A DNA stretch of 64,000 nt from Nitrosopumilus sp. GTDB lineage: Archaea > Thermoproteota > Nitrososphaeria > Nitrososphaerales > Nitrosopumilaceae. The DNA lies in the NCBI GenBank assembly GCA_965207445.1, contig CBDBLX010000002.1, positions 512,001 through 576,000 on the forward strand, given 5' to 3'. A program made the translations under genes and the position numbers. The number at the start of each line of letters is the position of its first letter. Position 1 is the stretch's first letter. The notes under the pieces were generated by a model that was given only the letters and a program-made list of their open reading frames with translations, searched no databases and had not been told where the DNA came from. This document shows, one piece after another, positions 43,314-53,719 of the stretch.

Positions 43314-44903
43314 ATGAATGATTGTATGAAATCTGACTCAGATTCTGCTATATCGTGTGATGGGCGCGATAGTGACGCTTTTGATACCATCTATCTGGAC
43401 TCAAATGAATGGAAAAAGTTAATGGACGTGATCGATCGCGGAATGTCCAAGGTGCAAAAAGTGGACAGAGGCGTCACTCACAGAGATGATTATTGTGCGC
43501 AACTTATTGAAAGAATACTCGCCTCTGATCAAAGCACGCGCAGATGGACGGGATTTGACAAGCGTGGGTTTGCTCTGATTTGGATCTTTTTTTCTGAGCG
43601 ATGGGAGGAAATGGAGCGCGTAGAAATTGCACGAAGACGTGAATCCAAATTGGAGCGCGTAGGAAAGCGTGGTCCGAGGCCTATGGCAGACGTGACAGCA
43701 GACAAGCAAAACAACATTCCAATGGTACGCAATGATCCTGCAAGGGATTCTGCGCCAGGCAACAGGTGCAAACTAGAGCCGTTTTACATCATGGTTCTGG
43801 CACTCATACGCAAATATTGCAACGAAAGTGAAGGAAGGTTGGGAGACCTGTTTGGTGTAGACCAGTCAACTGTATCTCGATATTTGGTACTTGCCGATCG
43901 CATACTTGCAGAGATGCTGCCAACTCCTGAAAAAATTATGAATCTCATAAAAGAGATTGGCACTGCCAAAGAATTTACAAGGTTATTCCCAGATGATACA
44001 GGTGAATCAGTTGTGATATTTGATGGAACACACGTGCAATTTGCAGGGCCCCTCAAGGCAGAACTGCAAGATTCCATGATATCAAACAAGAAAAAGTATC
44101 CCGGTGGAAACACGGTCATAATGACATCTGCAGACGGCCTGATACTAGGAGCAAGCAAAACATACACCAGTCGGGTACATGACATTGCAATAACGCGGGA
44201 TTTTCTAAAAGGTATGGGCCAATTTGGTAAAATACTTCAAGGCAAACTCAATAATACTGAGAACCAAAAACAGCAATCAGAACAGGTAGATACAGAAAAT
44301 CAAACCGTCCACTTTGAAGAAAAATCCCAAGCATCTGCAACTACAATAGTAGACTGCACACAAACAACCCCAAAAAAACACCTGCAAGAAGAGTCATCAG
44401 AGTCCACACCTAAAGAAACCGAGATAAGGATACTCCGTGGGCTGGCCGCGCTTGATTCTACTAAAAAACCCGAACAAAAGCTGTCCGTACTTGATGCATC
44501 TAGAAGACTCGAGACCATGCACGACCTAGAAAGACTCCTCGGAGAGCTGCCATCACACAAGACAAGAGTTCTGGGCGATTCGGGGTTTCAGGGATTAAAA
44601 CAAGACATACCGGCAGCAGATGTTCACTCCCCGTTTAAGAACCCAAGGATAATGAAAATCATAGCCGAGCAAAAAGAGTACCATCGAGAATTGAGCAAGA
44701 TACGCGTTAAAGTAGAAAATGCAATCTGTGCAGCCAAGCACTTTAGGCGCATATCTGAGATATACAACGGTAGTCTGGACGAGTTCAACAAAGAGTTTAA
44801 CATTGCTTGTGGATTGGCCAACTTTCGATACATGCTACGTTGCAACATGTACGACTATTGGGCCTCGTTGCTGGGCTTGCCAACATACGATAAACGTCGC
44901 TAA
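43314..44903 (+). CDS. DDE transposase (HTH + DDE_Tnp_4/HARBI1-like), intact frame
   Basis: LGDLFGVDQSTVSRY HTH; IFDGTH, HD, LGDSGFQG, RVKVENAICAAKHFR. Confidence 0.88.
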   Translation: MNDCMKSDSDSAISCDGRDSDAFDTIYLDSNEWKKLMDVIDRGMSKVQKVDRGVTHRDDYCAQLIERILASDQSTRRWTGFDKRGFALIWIFFSERWEEMERVEIARRRESKLERVGKRGPRPMADVTADKQNNIPMVRNDPARDSAPGNRCKLEPFYIMVLALIRKYCNESEGRLGDLFGVDQSTVSRYLVLADRILAEMLPTPEKIMNLIKEIGTAKEFTRLFPDDTGESVVIFDGTHVQFAGPLKAELQDSMISNKKKYPGGNTVIMTSADGLILGASKTYTSRVHDIAITRDFLKGMGQFGKILQGKLNNTENQKQQSEQVDTENQTVHFEEKSQASATTIVDCTQTTPKKHLQEESSESTPKETEIRILRGLAALDSTKKPEQKLSVLDASRRLETMHDLERLLGELPSHKTRVLGDSGFQGLKQDIPAADVHSPFKNPRIMKIIAEQKEYHRELSKIRVKVENAICAAKHFRRISEIYNGSLDEFNKEFNIACGLANFRYMLRCNMYDYWASLLGLPTYDKRR

Positions 44904-45102
44904 CATATGGCCGGTACCACACCGGCCGCACGATCAAAATATACATAGTCCGCATGTATCGCCCCATGTCTACGCACTACAAGTATCTGCACGTGGAGCA
45001 CGCCCATCATACCAACAGTTTCTTTTCCATATGTCATTGTAGCATCCAATATTATGATCACTGTCACACCAGTCTTCTTGCACATATCGGGAATTTCGCG
45101 TA

Positions 45103-45386
45103 CAATGTGGCCATGCAATGTGGCCATGCAATGTGGCCATGCAATGTGGCCATGCAATGTGGCCATGCAATGTGGCCATGCAATGTGGCCATGCAATGTG
45201 GCCATGCAATGTGGCCATGCAATGTGGCCATGCAATGTGGCCATGCAATGTGGCCATGCAATGTGGCCATGCAATGTGGCCAATGTGGCCAATGTGGCCA
45301 TGCAATGTGGCCATGCAATGTGGCCATGCAATGTGGCCATGCAATATGTGGCCATGCAATGTGGCCATGCAATGTGGCCATGCAAT
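45103..45386. repeat. 13 bp tandem repeat (CAATGTGGCCATG), ~22 units
   Basis: Read directly; two 9 bp short units and one 15 bp unit. Confidence 0.97.
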
Positions 45387-45547
45387 ACGGACACATATCT
45401 GCAAATCTATCCTAATAAATATATACATATATATATTTATATGACTTTGGTAGTTTTGATATTTACGTAATTTATCAGATCATTTAGTCGCCAACTCAAG
45501 TATAATATTTTCTGATTGTCGTTCTACGGTTTGATTATACATAACAT

Positions 45548-45817
45548 CTAGTCCTTGCCGTAGACGGACTTGTGGTCTCCCACTACCACCGGCAGGACTA
45601 TCTTCTGCCGGTTGATGACCCTGTAGATCAGCCGGTACGAGCGCCCAATATCATACGCAAAGTATCCTTTGAACCTGCCTCTTTTTGGGACGCCTGCGTC
45701 TGCGGAGTCTTCAGATTCTGCAAGTTGCAATACAGCCTCGTCTACACTTCTTCTCATCTGGGATGGAAGTTTCACGTAGCAGCGGACAAACAGGTCTGTC
45801 CGCTCTATGCGCCACAA
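45548..45817 (-). CDS. RelE/ParE-family toxin
   Basis: WRIERTDLF..YVKL, KRGRFKGYFAYDIGRSYRLIYRV, VGDHKSVY. Confidence 0.82.
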   Translation of the reverse strand: MWRIERTDLFVRCYVKLPSQMRRSVDEAVLQLAESEDSADAGVPKRGRFKGYFAYDIGRSYRLIYRVINRQKIVLPVVVGDHKSVYGKD

Positions 45818-45963
45818 AGTTGTTCGGCCCTGTGAAGATCCTCTATCAGTGCCTCGGGGGTTTCAAACAACTTCGTTGTGTCCTTTCCGGATTCATACTG
45901 TTCTATTGCATACTCTTCGTTTGGCCACAGACTGTCATCTGATGCCTGCTTTGTCTCTGACAT
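45805..45963 (-). CDS. Putative antitoxin, 52 aa (not in ORF track)
   Basis: MSETKQASDDSLWPNEEYAIEQYESGKDTTKLFETPEALIEDLHRAEQLCGA*, overlapping the toxin start. Confidence 0.65.
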   Translation of the reverse strand: MSETKQASDDSLWPNEEYAIEQYESGKDTTKLFETPEALIEDLHRAEQLCGA

Positions 45964-46149
45964 GCATTACTGTATTTCAAATTGTTTTTAAAACCATCCG
46001 TAGTGAATCAATTCTACATCTCCACTCGCCCCTCCGCTTCATCCAATCCCGATCTGGATACAAGTAGAGAATACGGATGAGGCCACGTTTGCGGGCTTAA
46101 AAAGAAAACACAGTCCTGACTGCATGCCGATGTGGCGCATCTCAAACAG

Positions 46150-46496
46150 GAAAGCACTCATGAGGCAGCTTGTCTCAAGTGCTAGATAATAAAGACGGGA
46201 TATATAGCGATAAAAAACACGACTCCAAAAACAACTAACAACTCCTTGCAGGTCCGATTACTGTTATTTTTTTTGGAATGTTGTTATATAGATTACAGGC
46301 AATACAAGGTACGAAAATTATGACGGACTTTGTGGAAAATTATTCACAATGGATGCATTTGTGGATTCAATTGCCGGATTGATTAGAAGACTACTTTGAT
46401 GGGAATTGGAACACGGTAGTTACTTGCTATAGTAAATGTGCCGCACTACATAATTGAAAATAAGATCATTAAAATTGAACACATTGCGAACTACTG
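46150..46496 (+). mobile_element. ISH3-type transposase 3' remnant with right end
   Basis: Homologous to 17880-18225; ends CACATTGCGAACTACTG. Confidence 0.75.
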
Positions 46497-46922
46497 ATGT
46501 AAGTACTAGATTATCGCGTGGCATCAAAACATTCAGGACAAAACGTATTTGTTCTCAGCATGGCCTTCTGCAGAACGGTACACCTGCCGCACACAGGGTC
46601 TTCTTGCAGATGTCAGTGGCAGCCGCATTCTCTCTCATGTGAGATTTTGCCGCAGTCGTTGCAGATCTGCAGTCTGTTCCGCAGGTTTTGTGGTTTGTTA
46701 CAAAAGTATCGCTGCCTATATTCCTGGAAATGCACATAATTAATATATGTATATAATAAATGAAAAACAATACACATTTTACAACATGTAAAAATTTTTA
46801 AATTATTACAAACTTATGTTTTTATACATGTATATTTAAAATCATACTATTATAATTTTAACTCGATTGTCGATTATAATGACTCTTGTTTGAATTTCTC
46901 TTATATCTTGGTTGTAATATAG

Positions 46923-47888
46923 TCATTTCATGTTTAGCGCTGCTAACTCTGCAAGCATGGCTGATAGCTGAATTTCACCGTTTGCACCTGATAGTATTTG
47001 ATAATCGTATTTTGCTACTATTTGTGCCATCTCCCCGATTCTACCTCTAGTCTTTGATCTAAAGAGCGCTGCACTTGCATACTTTAAAAAATCTGATTCA
47101 GAGACGCCATATACACGAGTCACCTCGATCATCTTTTCTCGTGCCTTTGATATGTTACCCTCTAGTGCATATTCTACTATTTTGTCAATATCTGAGACCT
47201 TTGAGAGTCCTGCTGTAGTCTTTACTATGTTTGGTGTTATTGTACCACTAGTTGATGCTGCTTGCATGATGTTGATGGCGTGTCTCAAGTCACCTTCAGA
47301 ATAATCATATATTGATTCAAGGCTTGCTTTGTCTGCCTTTAAATTTTCACTTTTGGCTATGTGTTGTAATCTTTCTATAACATCGTCTTTTGATACTGCA
47401 GTGAATTTGAATGTGGCAAACCTACTCTGTATTGGTTCTATAATTTTTGATATGTTGTTTGCTATCATGATAAATCTACATGTACGTGATGCATCTTCTA
47501 TTATTCTACGTAATGCTGTTTGTGCGTCTGCTGTCATCTCATCTGCCTCATCTAGTATGATTATTTTAAATGGCACTTCACTGATTCCTGCAAATTGTGA
47601 ATATCGCTTTACTTTTTCTCTCACCATTCCTATGCCGCGCTCATCTGATGCGTTGAGCTCTAATGTGTGATCTTTGTAATAGTCACCTAGTATCTGCTTT
47701 GCAATACATAATGCTGTTGTAGTTTTACCAACTCCTGCTGACCCAGAAAACATGAGATGTGGCATTTCAGATGGATTCTTTAGTAATGCCTCTAGACTAC
47801 CTATAATCTCTGATTGATTTACGATATCTGATATTTTTGTTGGCCTATACTTTTCAACCCACATACCTGATACTATTTTATCTGACAT
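46923..47888 (-). CDS. rfcS: Replication factor C small subunit
   Basis: WVEKYRP, GSAGVGKTT, LELNASDERG, ILDEAD, AQTALRR, GDLRHAIN. Confidence 0.95.
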   Translation of the reverse strand: MSDKIVSGMWVEKYRPTKISDIVNQSEIIGSLEALLKNPSEMPHLMFSGSAGVGKTTTALCIAKQILGDYYKDHTLELNASDERGIGMVREKVKRYSQFAGISEVPFKIIILDEADEMTADAQTALRRIIEDASRTCRFIMIANNISKIIEPIQSRFATFKFTAVSKDDVIERLQHIAKSENLKADKASLESIYDYSEGDLRHAINIMQAASTSGTITPNIVKTTAGLSKVSDIDKIVEYALEGNISKAREKMIEVTRVYGVSESDFLKYASAALFRSKTRGRIGEMAQIVAKYDYQILSGANGEIQLSAMLAELAALNMK

Positions 47889-48217
47889 GCACGTTATACT
47901 ATGATCCCATTAATAAATTAGAATGTGACTTGCTCGCATTCATACGATCTACTATGTGAAATGTACTGTGAAATATACTGTGAGATGTGTTGTGAGATGT
48001 GTTGTGTAAAGTATTCGAGAACACTCTAGACACGTACTGTGAGATAAAGTGTGAAATACGCCGTGATGTGGATTGTATAAAATACGGCTATTATACACAA
48101 GTATATTTTATCTACACATAATGACCAAATCACTTGAAATGAGTGGCTAGTGATCTCGTGCCTAAAAGTGATTCTGTAATACCATTTGCGTATATACTGA
48201 GTTTGTAAAGGGTATAC

Positions 48218-48910
48218 ATGAGCATTCGTAGTAATGTAGAGAAGACTGTCAAGATACATGAAATAGGTCATGGTCTTGAGAATGTGGAATTTGAGGCTAC
48301 ACGTGACTACAAGGTACGTGTATCTGGAATACATGCATCTGCTAGACGTGGTGAGACTAGCAAAATTCCATATTGGATAGCAAAAATTCTAGAGGAGCGT
48401 GGCTATGGGCATATGACACTGCCAGATATGATAACTGCACTCAAGCAAGCTCTCTCAAAGGAGAGAATTGGTGGAACAAAAGAATTTCAGGCATTAGAAC
48501 CGCTCTTTTATGTCAAACTTGGAGCATCTTTGCGAAGTCTTCAAGGACGTGACTTTGAAAAGGCACACGATATGCTTTTAGAACTGTTCCGAATGCGCAG
48601 TACAAAACTAGTCACAAAGGCAAGCTCAATGAGCCTCAGTGCAGACATAAACTCAAAGCTAACTGTAGAGGAACGCAAGTTTTACAATACAATATATAAT
48701 ACGTGCTCTGATTTTGAGTCTCAAATTACTAATGTTGTGTCTGATGATGATAATGATAATGGAAAAGTTTCAAAATCTAATGTTGTGAATGTTTCGTCTA
48801 ATGATGATGATGATGATAATAATAATGATAATAATGATAATAATGATAATGATGCAAGTAACGCGAGCATATACTCTGATCCTGATACCGATGGTATTGT
48901 CAAACAATGA
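48218..48910 (+). CDS. GINS complex subunit (Gins23-like) with D/N-rich tail
   Basis: KIPYWIAKIL B-domain, FYVK, LTVEERKFY; directly upstream of mcm. Confidence 0.8.
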   Translation: MSIRSNVEKTVKIHEIGHGLENVEFEATRDYKVRVSGIHASARRGETSKIPYWIAKILEERGYGHMTLPDMITALKQALSKERIGGTKEFQALEPLFYVKLGASLRSLQGRDFEKAHDMLLELFRMRSTKLVTKASSMSLSADINSKLTVEERKFYNTIYNTCSDFESQITNVVSDDDNDNGKVSKSNVVNVSSNDDDDDNNNDNNDNNDNDASNASIYSDPDTDGIVKQ

Positions 48911-48919
48911 GGTGAACAA

Positions 48920-51175
48920 ATGTCTAGTACTCTTATAGATGAATCGGATATCGTTGAGCAAAGAAATGATGTAATTGAATTTGACGATTACGATGATGAC
49001 TATGGTGATGGTGACGGTGATATCAATGACAGTTATGATAGTGATAATAATAATAATAACAACAACAACGGTGGTAATACTAACACAAATGACGATCATG
49101 ATGAGTATTCAGAATACACATCTGCTGCTTTGTCTGATAAGGTAAGGGAATTTCTGTCTAGTTTTCGTGATGCTGACAATGATCATAAATATATTCGTAT
49201 GATCGATGAGATGATGGCACGTGAAACCAAATACATTGTAATTGACTACAATGACCTTGTGTATGATAGGGACATCTCTGATATGTTTACTCATAGTCCT
49301 GAGCGAATTCTTGACTCTTTTTCTGATGCAATAAAAAAAGTACTTTATATACGATTTCCCGAATATGCCGAGATGATCGGGGATGAGATCAGAGCCCGTA
49401 TAATCAACTATCCTATGGAGCGTAGCCTTCGAAGGATAACTGCTGATACAATTGGAAAGATGATCAGTATCTCAGGAATGGTTGTTCGAGCATCCGAAGT
49501 AAACCCACTTGCAAAAGAACTCATATACGAATGTGAGAACAAACACCAAACTAAAATAATTCACATAAAGGGAATGGATACAAAACCCCCTGCCATATGT
49601 GATAATCCTGACTGTAAATTGCGCAGTTTTGAGCTAAAACCTGATCTGTCCAAATTCATTGACATTCAAATATTACGATTGCAAGAACTACCAGAAGATT
49701 TGCCACCAGGACAACTACCTGACTATCTTGATGTCTTTATCAAACAAGATTTGGTAAATTTTGCACGACCAGGCGACAGGATAGCCCTGACTGGTATAGT
49801 TCGTGTAGAGCAAGAGCAACTCAAAGGTATTGCTCGTGCCCGTAGTGGTTTGTATAGCCTGCGCCTTGAGGGTAACAACATTGAATTTCTTGGTGGTCGC
49901 TCAAAGACCCGTAAGATAGAGCGGGAATCCATATCACCTGATGATGAGCGTATAATCAAAGCACTCAATCAAGATCCCGATATATATGAAAAACTGATCA
50001 ACTCATTTGCACCTCATATCAAGGGTCAGTCACTCATAAAAGAGTCCATATTACATCTGATTGTAGGCTCAAATCAACTCACCCGTGAGGATGGTAGCAA
50101 AATTAGGGGCGACATTAACATATTTTTGGTAGGAGATCCAGGAACTGCCAAATCAGAGATGTTAAAGTTCTGCTCTCGTGTTGCTCCTCGTGGATTATAC
50201 ACCTCTGGTAGGGGTACAACTGCTGCAGGACTTACTGCTGCTGTTGTTAGAGACAAGACTGGCATACTGATGCTAGAGGCAGGAGCCGTAGTGCTCGGTG
50301 ACCAAGGAATGGTGGCAATTGATGAATTTGACAAGATGAAGCAAGAAGATACTAGTGCACTGCACGAAGTCATGGAACAACAGTCTGCAAGCATTGCAAA
50401 GGGGGGTATCGTTGCAACACTAAATGCAAGAACCTCAATTCTAGCTGCTGCAAACCCGATATATGGAAAGTATGATCCGTTTCGGAACATTACTGAGAAT
50501 ATTAACATACCCATACCTTTACTCTCAAGATTTGATCTTATCTTCATTGTAAGGGATACTCCATCAGTTGAAGCAGATACTGAAATTGCACACCATGTAC
50601 TAAAACTACATTCAATGCAGGGTGTTGATACACAACACCTGATCAACACTGATTTGTTGACTAAATATTTGGCGTATGCGAAGAGATTCACACCTGCGAT
50701 GACTCGAGATGCAAGCAAGTTAATAATAGACCATTATATCAAGATGAGAAAACTTACAGCATCTGAGAATATGACTCCTGTCACACCTAGACAACTTGAG
50801 GGAATAATACGCTTGTCTACTGCACATGCTAAACTCTTGATGAAAAATACCGTCGACAAAGAAGATGCAGAGCGTGCTATACATTTGCTTAATCTGATGC
50901 TCCAAGACGCTGGTGTCGATGTAAATACTGGTGAGGTCGATATTGGCGTACTACAGGGTAGGCCTAGAAGCGAGGTATCAAAGATGCAGCTGTTCATGGA
51001 TATATTGCGCAATCTTGGAGGTGATAATCAAGATGCAGTCGAAGAATCTGTATTAATCAAGGAATTAGAAATTACCGAAAAGTTTACTGCAGATGAAGCT
51101 CGTACATTTATCACAAAATTACATCGTGAAGGAATTATTTATGAGCACTCAAAGGGCTTTTATAAGAAGACATGA
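48920..51175 (+). CDS. mcm: MCM replicative helicase
   Basis: LQELPEDLPPGQLP, RGDINIFLVGDPGTAKS, IDEFDKM, AAANP, LLSRFD, TPRQLEG. Confidence 0.96.
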   Translation: MSSTLIDESDIVEQRNDVIEFDDYDDDYGDGDGDINDSYDSDNNNNNNNNGGNTNTNDDHDEYSEYTSAALSDKVREFLSSFRDADNDHKYIRMIDEMMARETKYIVIDYNDLVYDRDISDMFTHSPERILDSFSDAIKKVLYIRFPEYAEMIGDEIRARIINYPMERSLRRITADTIGKMISISGMVVRASEVNPLAKELIYECENKHQTKIIHIKGMDTKPPAICDNPDCKLRSFELKPDLSKFIDIQILRLQELPEDLPPGQLPDYLDVFIKQDLVNFARPGDRIALTGIVRVEQEQLKGIARARSGLYSLRLEGNNIEFLGGRSKTRKIERESISPDDERIIKALNQDPDIYEKLINSFAPHIKGQSLIKESILHLIVGSNQLTREDGSKIRGDINIFLVGDPGTAKSEMLKFCSRVAPRGLYTSGRGTTAAGLTAAVVRDKTGILMLEAGAVVLGDQGMVAIDEFDKMKQEDTSALHEVMEQQSASIAKGGIVATLNARTSILAAANPIYGKYDPFRNITENINIPIPLLSRFDLIFIVRDTPSVEADTEIAHHVLKLHSMQGVDTQHLINTDLLTKYLAYAKRFTPAMTRDASKLIIDHYIKMRKLTASENMTPVTPRQLEGIIRLSTAHAKLLMKNTVDKEDAERAIHLLNLMLQDAGVDVNTGEVDIGVLQGRPRSEVSKMQLFMDILRNLGGDNQDAVEESVLIKELEITEKFTADEARTFITKLHREGIIYEHSKGFYKKT

Positions 51176-53577
51176 CCTCTGATACGGTAAAACAGACAAA
51201 AAAGATATCAAGCCTTGAGATACCAGATGATGCAAAAGCGTTTCTTAACTCACAAGGATTTACAAAATTATATCCACCACAAGCCGCTGCAGTCGATGCT
51301 GGATTACTTGATGGACAAAGCATGTTGGTGTCTGCTCCTACTGCTAGTGGAAAGACACTGATTGCCATACTTGCCATAATATCTCATTTGACACGCGGTG
51401 GAAAGCGAGTCGTATACATGAGTCCACTTCGTGCACTTGCAACAGAAAAATATGTAGAGTTTTTAAAGTTGGCAGATGAATTCATACCCAAAAGAACGTA
51501 TAATGGATCGCAGATTGCACGCCCTATTACCATTGCACGCTCAACAGGTGAGAGGGGTATAGTTACGACTGCTGGAAAGAAGATTAGTGACGCTGATATC
51601 ATAGTATGTACAAACGAGGCACTTGATGCTGCCATGCGTAGAGGACACACGTGGATAGATGAGATTGATTTGGTGATCGCAGATGAGATACATCTTATCG
51701 GTGACAAGACCCGAGGGCCAACACTTGAGATGATACTCACACAACTCAAACGAAAGCGGTTTCCAACATATGGTGAATATATAAAGTCTGGTGGCAATAA
51801 CACAAAAAAACACCATAGTATTCAAGTTGTAGGACTCAGTGCTACTGTCAAGAATAGTGTTGAGCTTGCCAATTGGCTTCGATGTAAACTGGTACATAGC
51901 AACTGGCGGCCTGTTCCACTTGCAGAAGGTGTATGCGATGACTCTGGGAGTGTTATTATGAATAACGATAAACACTTTTCAGTTGAGGCCGGATCTGAAG
52001 GACTTGCTGCTAGATTGGGTGTTCATGCCATATCTGAGGATAATGGACAATGTTTGGTATTTGTCTCTACTCGTCCTAGTGCACGCTCCACTGCCATCAA
52101 AGCGGCTAACTTGGTAGATGCTGTGTTGTCTGATGATGATCGCAAGTATTTGGCAAAAGTTGCAGAAAAGTTAGCCCCTGGTACTATATCTGCTATACAT
52201 GCCATATACAGCAAAGAGTCCAAAAAGCCACCTAATGTTGTCACACAACATGACAACAAAAAACACCGATACACAAAAGTACGTGCAAGTGTAAATGCGA
52301 CATCATTACACTCAACAGAACTCGAAAAAGATCTTGCTGTTCTTGTCTCAAAGGGTGTTGCATTTCACCATGCTGGATTATCTGAAAAGATGCGTCAGAT
52401 AATTGAAGATGAATTTAGAGGCGGTAAAATTAAACTAGTTGCATCTACACCCACATTGGCAGCAGGCGTTAATCTTCCTGCAAGGCGTGTTATTATATCT
52501 TCTATGAATCGATATGATGCAAGGTTAGGATACAACACATCGATAAGTGTACTAGAGTACAAACAATTCTGTGGCAGAGCTGGTAGGCCGCAATATGACA
52601 AGTATGGTGAGGCGATAATATGCGCGTCTGGAATTCATCATGAAATGTATGAGAAATATGTACAAGGAACACCTGAGCCACTTGAATCATGTATAATTGA
52701 TGACAAGGCAATGCGCACGCATCTTTTGACAGTTATTGTACTAAACCCTGGAATAACAAAGAATGAAATATTATCATTTTTTTTAGATACACTTGGAGGA
52801 AGTCAGTCATCCAAATATATGATAGATTCTACAATAAGTGCCTCAACAAGATTTTTGCTTGAAAATGATATGATAGTATCAAAGGGTAATAGATATGCTG
52901 CTACTATGTTTGGTAAAAAGACATCTAGTTTGTATATCGATCCCGTAACTGCTGCATATTTGCGCAATGTTGTCAGTGCGGTACCGCCGGCAACAGATAC
53001 ATCTAATCATGCTTTGGGGTTTTTGCATGCTATCACATCTTGTGATGAATTTACACCAAAACAGAACTTGCTAAAGAATCATCATCAAATTGCACATGTA
53101 CTACTATCAGGAACTCATAGTTCTGAGTTGTTGTATCCTGTGTACACTGATGAGTGCTCACGTAGTTTGCTTGTACTGTATGAATGGATAACTGAGCGCA
53201 CAGACAAAGAGATAGAGACCGCACTCAAGACTCAGACAGGTGACTTGCATCGTATGGTTGAGAGTTCTCTGTGGCTTGCATTCGTTTTAAATGAGATGGC
53301 AAAGATTACAGGACGCACAGATCTTTTACCTGAAATTGGAGTTTTGAGAATGCGCATTAAATCTGGCATAAAAGAGGACTTGGTCGAGCTTGCAAACCTG
53401 CGCGGAATAGGTAGAGTCAGGGCACGTGCACTTGCCAATGCTGGAATTCGTTCTATTAAAGATATCCAAGATACAAGTCCTGAGAAATTAGCTACCATAC
53501 GACAGATTGGTCCTGTCGTAGCAGCATCGATAAAACGTACTGCGGGTTTTAATACCAAACGTACTGTAAACACTTGA
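51172..53577 (+). CDS. hel308: Ski2-like DNA helicase Hel308/Hjm
   Basis: LYPPQ, APTASGKT, DEIH, GLSAT, FHHAGL, TPTLAAGVNLPAR, GRAGRP, C-terminal HhH GIGRVRAR. Confidence 0.92.
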   Translation: MTSDTVKQTKKISSLEIPDDAKAFLNSQGFTKLYPPQAAAVDAGLLDGQSMLVSAPTASGKTLIAILAIISHLTRGGKRVVYMSPLRALATEKYVEFLKLADEFIPKRTYNGSQIARPITIARSTGERGIVTTAGKKISDADIIVCTNEALDAAMRRGHTWIDEIDLVIADEIHLIGDKTRGPTLEMILTQLKRKRFPTYGEYIKSGGNNTKKHHSIQVVGLSATVKNSVELANWLRCKLVHSNWRPVPLAEGVCDDSGSVIMNNDKHFSVEAGSEGLAARLGVHAISEDNGQCLVFVSTRPSARSTAIKAANLVDAVLSDDDRKYLAKVAEKLAPGTISAIHAIYSKESKKPPNVVTQHDNKKHRYTKVRASVNATSLHSTELEKDLAVLVSKGVAFHHAGLSEKMRQIIEDEFRGGKIKLVASTPTLAAGVNLPARRVIISSMNRYDARLGYNTSISVLEYKQFCGRAGRPQYDKYGEAIICASGIHHEMYEKYVQGTPEPLESCIIDDKAMRTHLLTVIVLNPGITKNEILSFFLDTLGGSQSSKYMIDSTISASTRFLLENDMIVSKGNRYAATMFGKKTSSLYIDPVTAAYLRNVVSAVPPATDTSNHALGFLHAITSCDEFTPKQNLLKNHHQIAHVLLSGTHSSELLYPVYTDECSRSLLVLYEWITERTDKEIETALKTQTGDLHRMVESSLWLAFVLNEMAKITGRTDLLPEIGVLRMRIKSGIKEDLVELANLRGIGRVRARALANAGIRSIKDIQDTSPEKLATIRQIGPVVAASIKRTAGFNTKRTVNT

Positions 53578-53719
53578 TCAACTACATATTAAAAGCAAGA
53601 TTCCTACATGATTGGTTAGTTAGTTGGTTGGTTAGTTAGTTGGTCGGTTAGTGTTTAGAGTAATCTTCACCCAAACACATGTTATAGATATATGTAAGAT
53701 AATATACTAACTATGTGTC

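Larger units (their letters stand above)
43130..45417 (+). mobile_element. IS5-family (ISL2/DDE_Tnp_4-like) element just downstream of tRNA-Ser
   Basis: Boundaries from homology with 19289-21525; imperfect inverted ends TATTCAGTAGAT / ATCTATCCTAATA. Confidence 0.75.

Noticed and set aside
44954..45470. Cys/His/Trp-rich ORFs in several frames
   Set aside because: Translations of the 13 bp tandem repeat
47889..48217. Replication origin near mcm
   Set aside because: No recognisable ORB motif and no orc1/cdc6 in the window
53612..53652. TTAG/TTGG tetranucleotide run after hel308
   Set aside because: Simple microsatellite with no evidence of function
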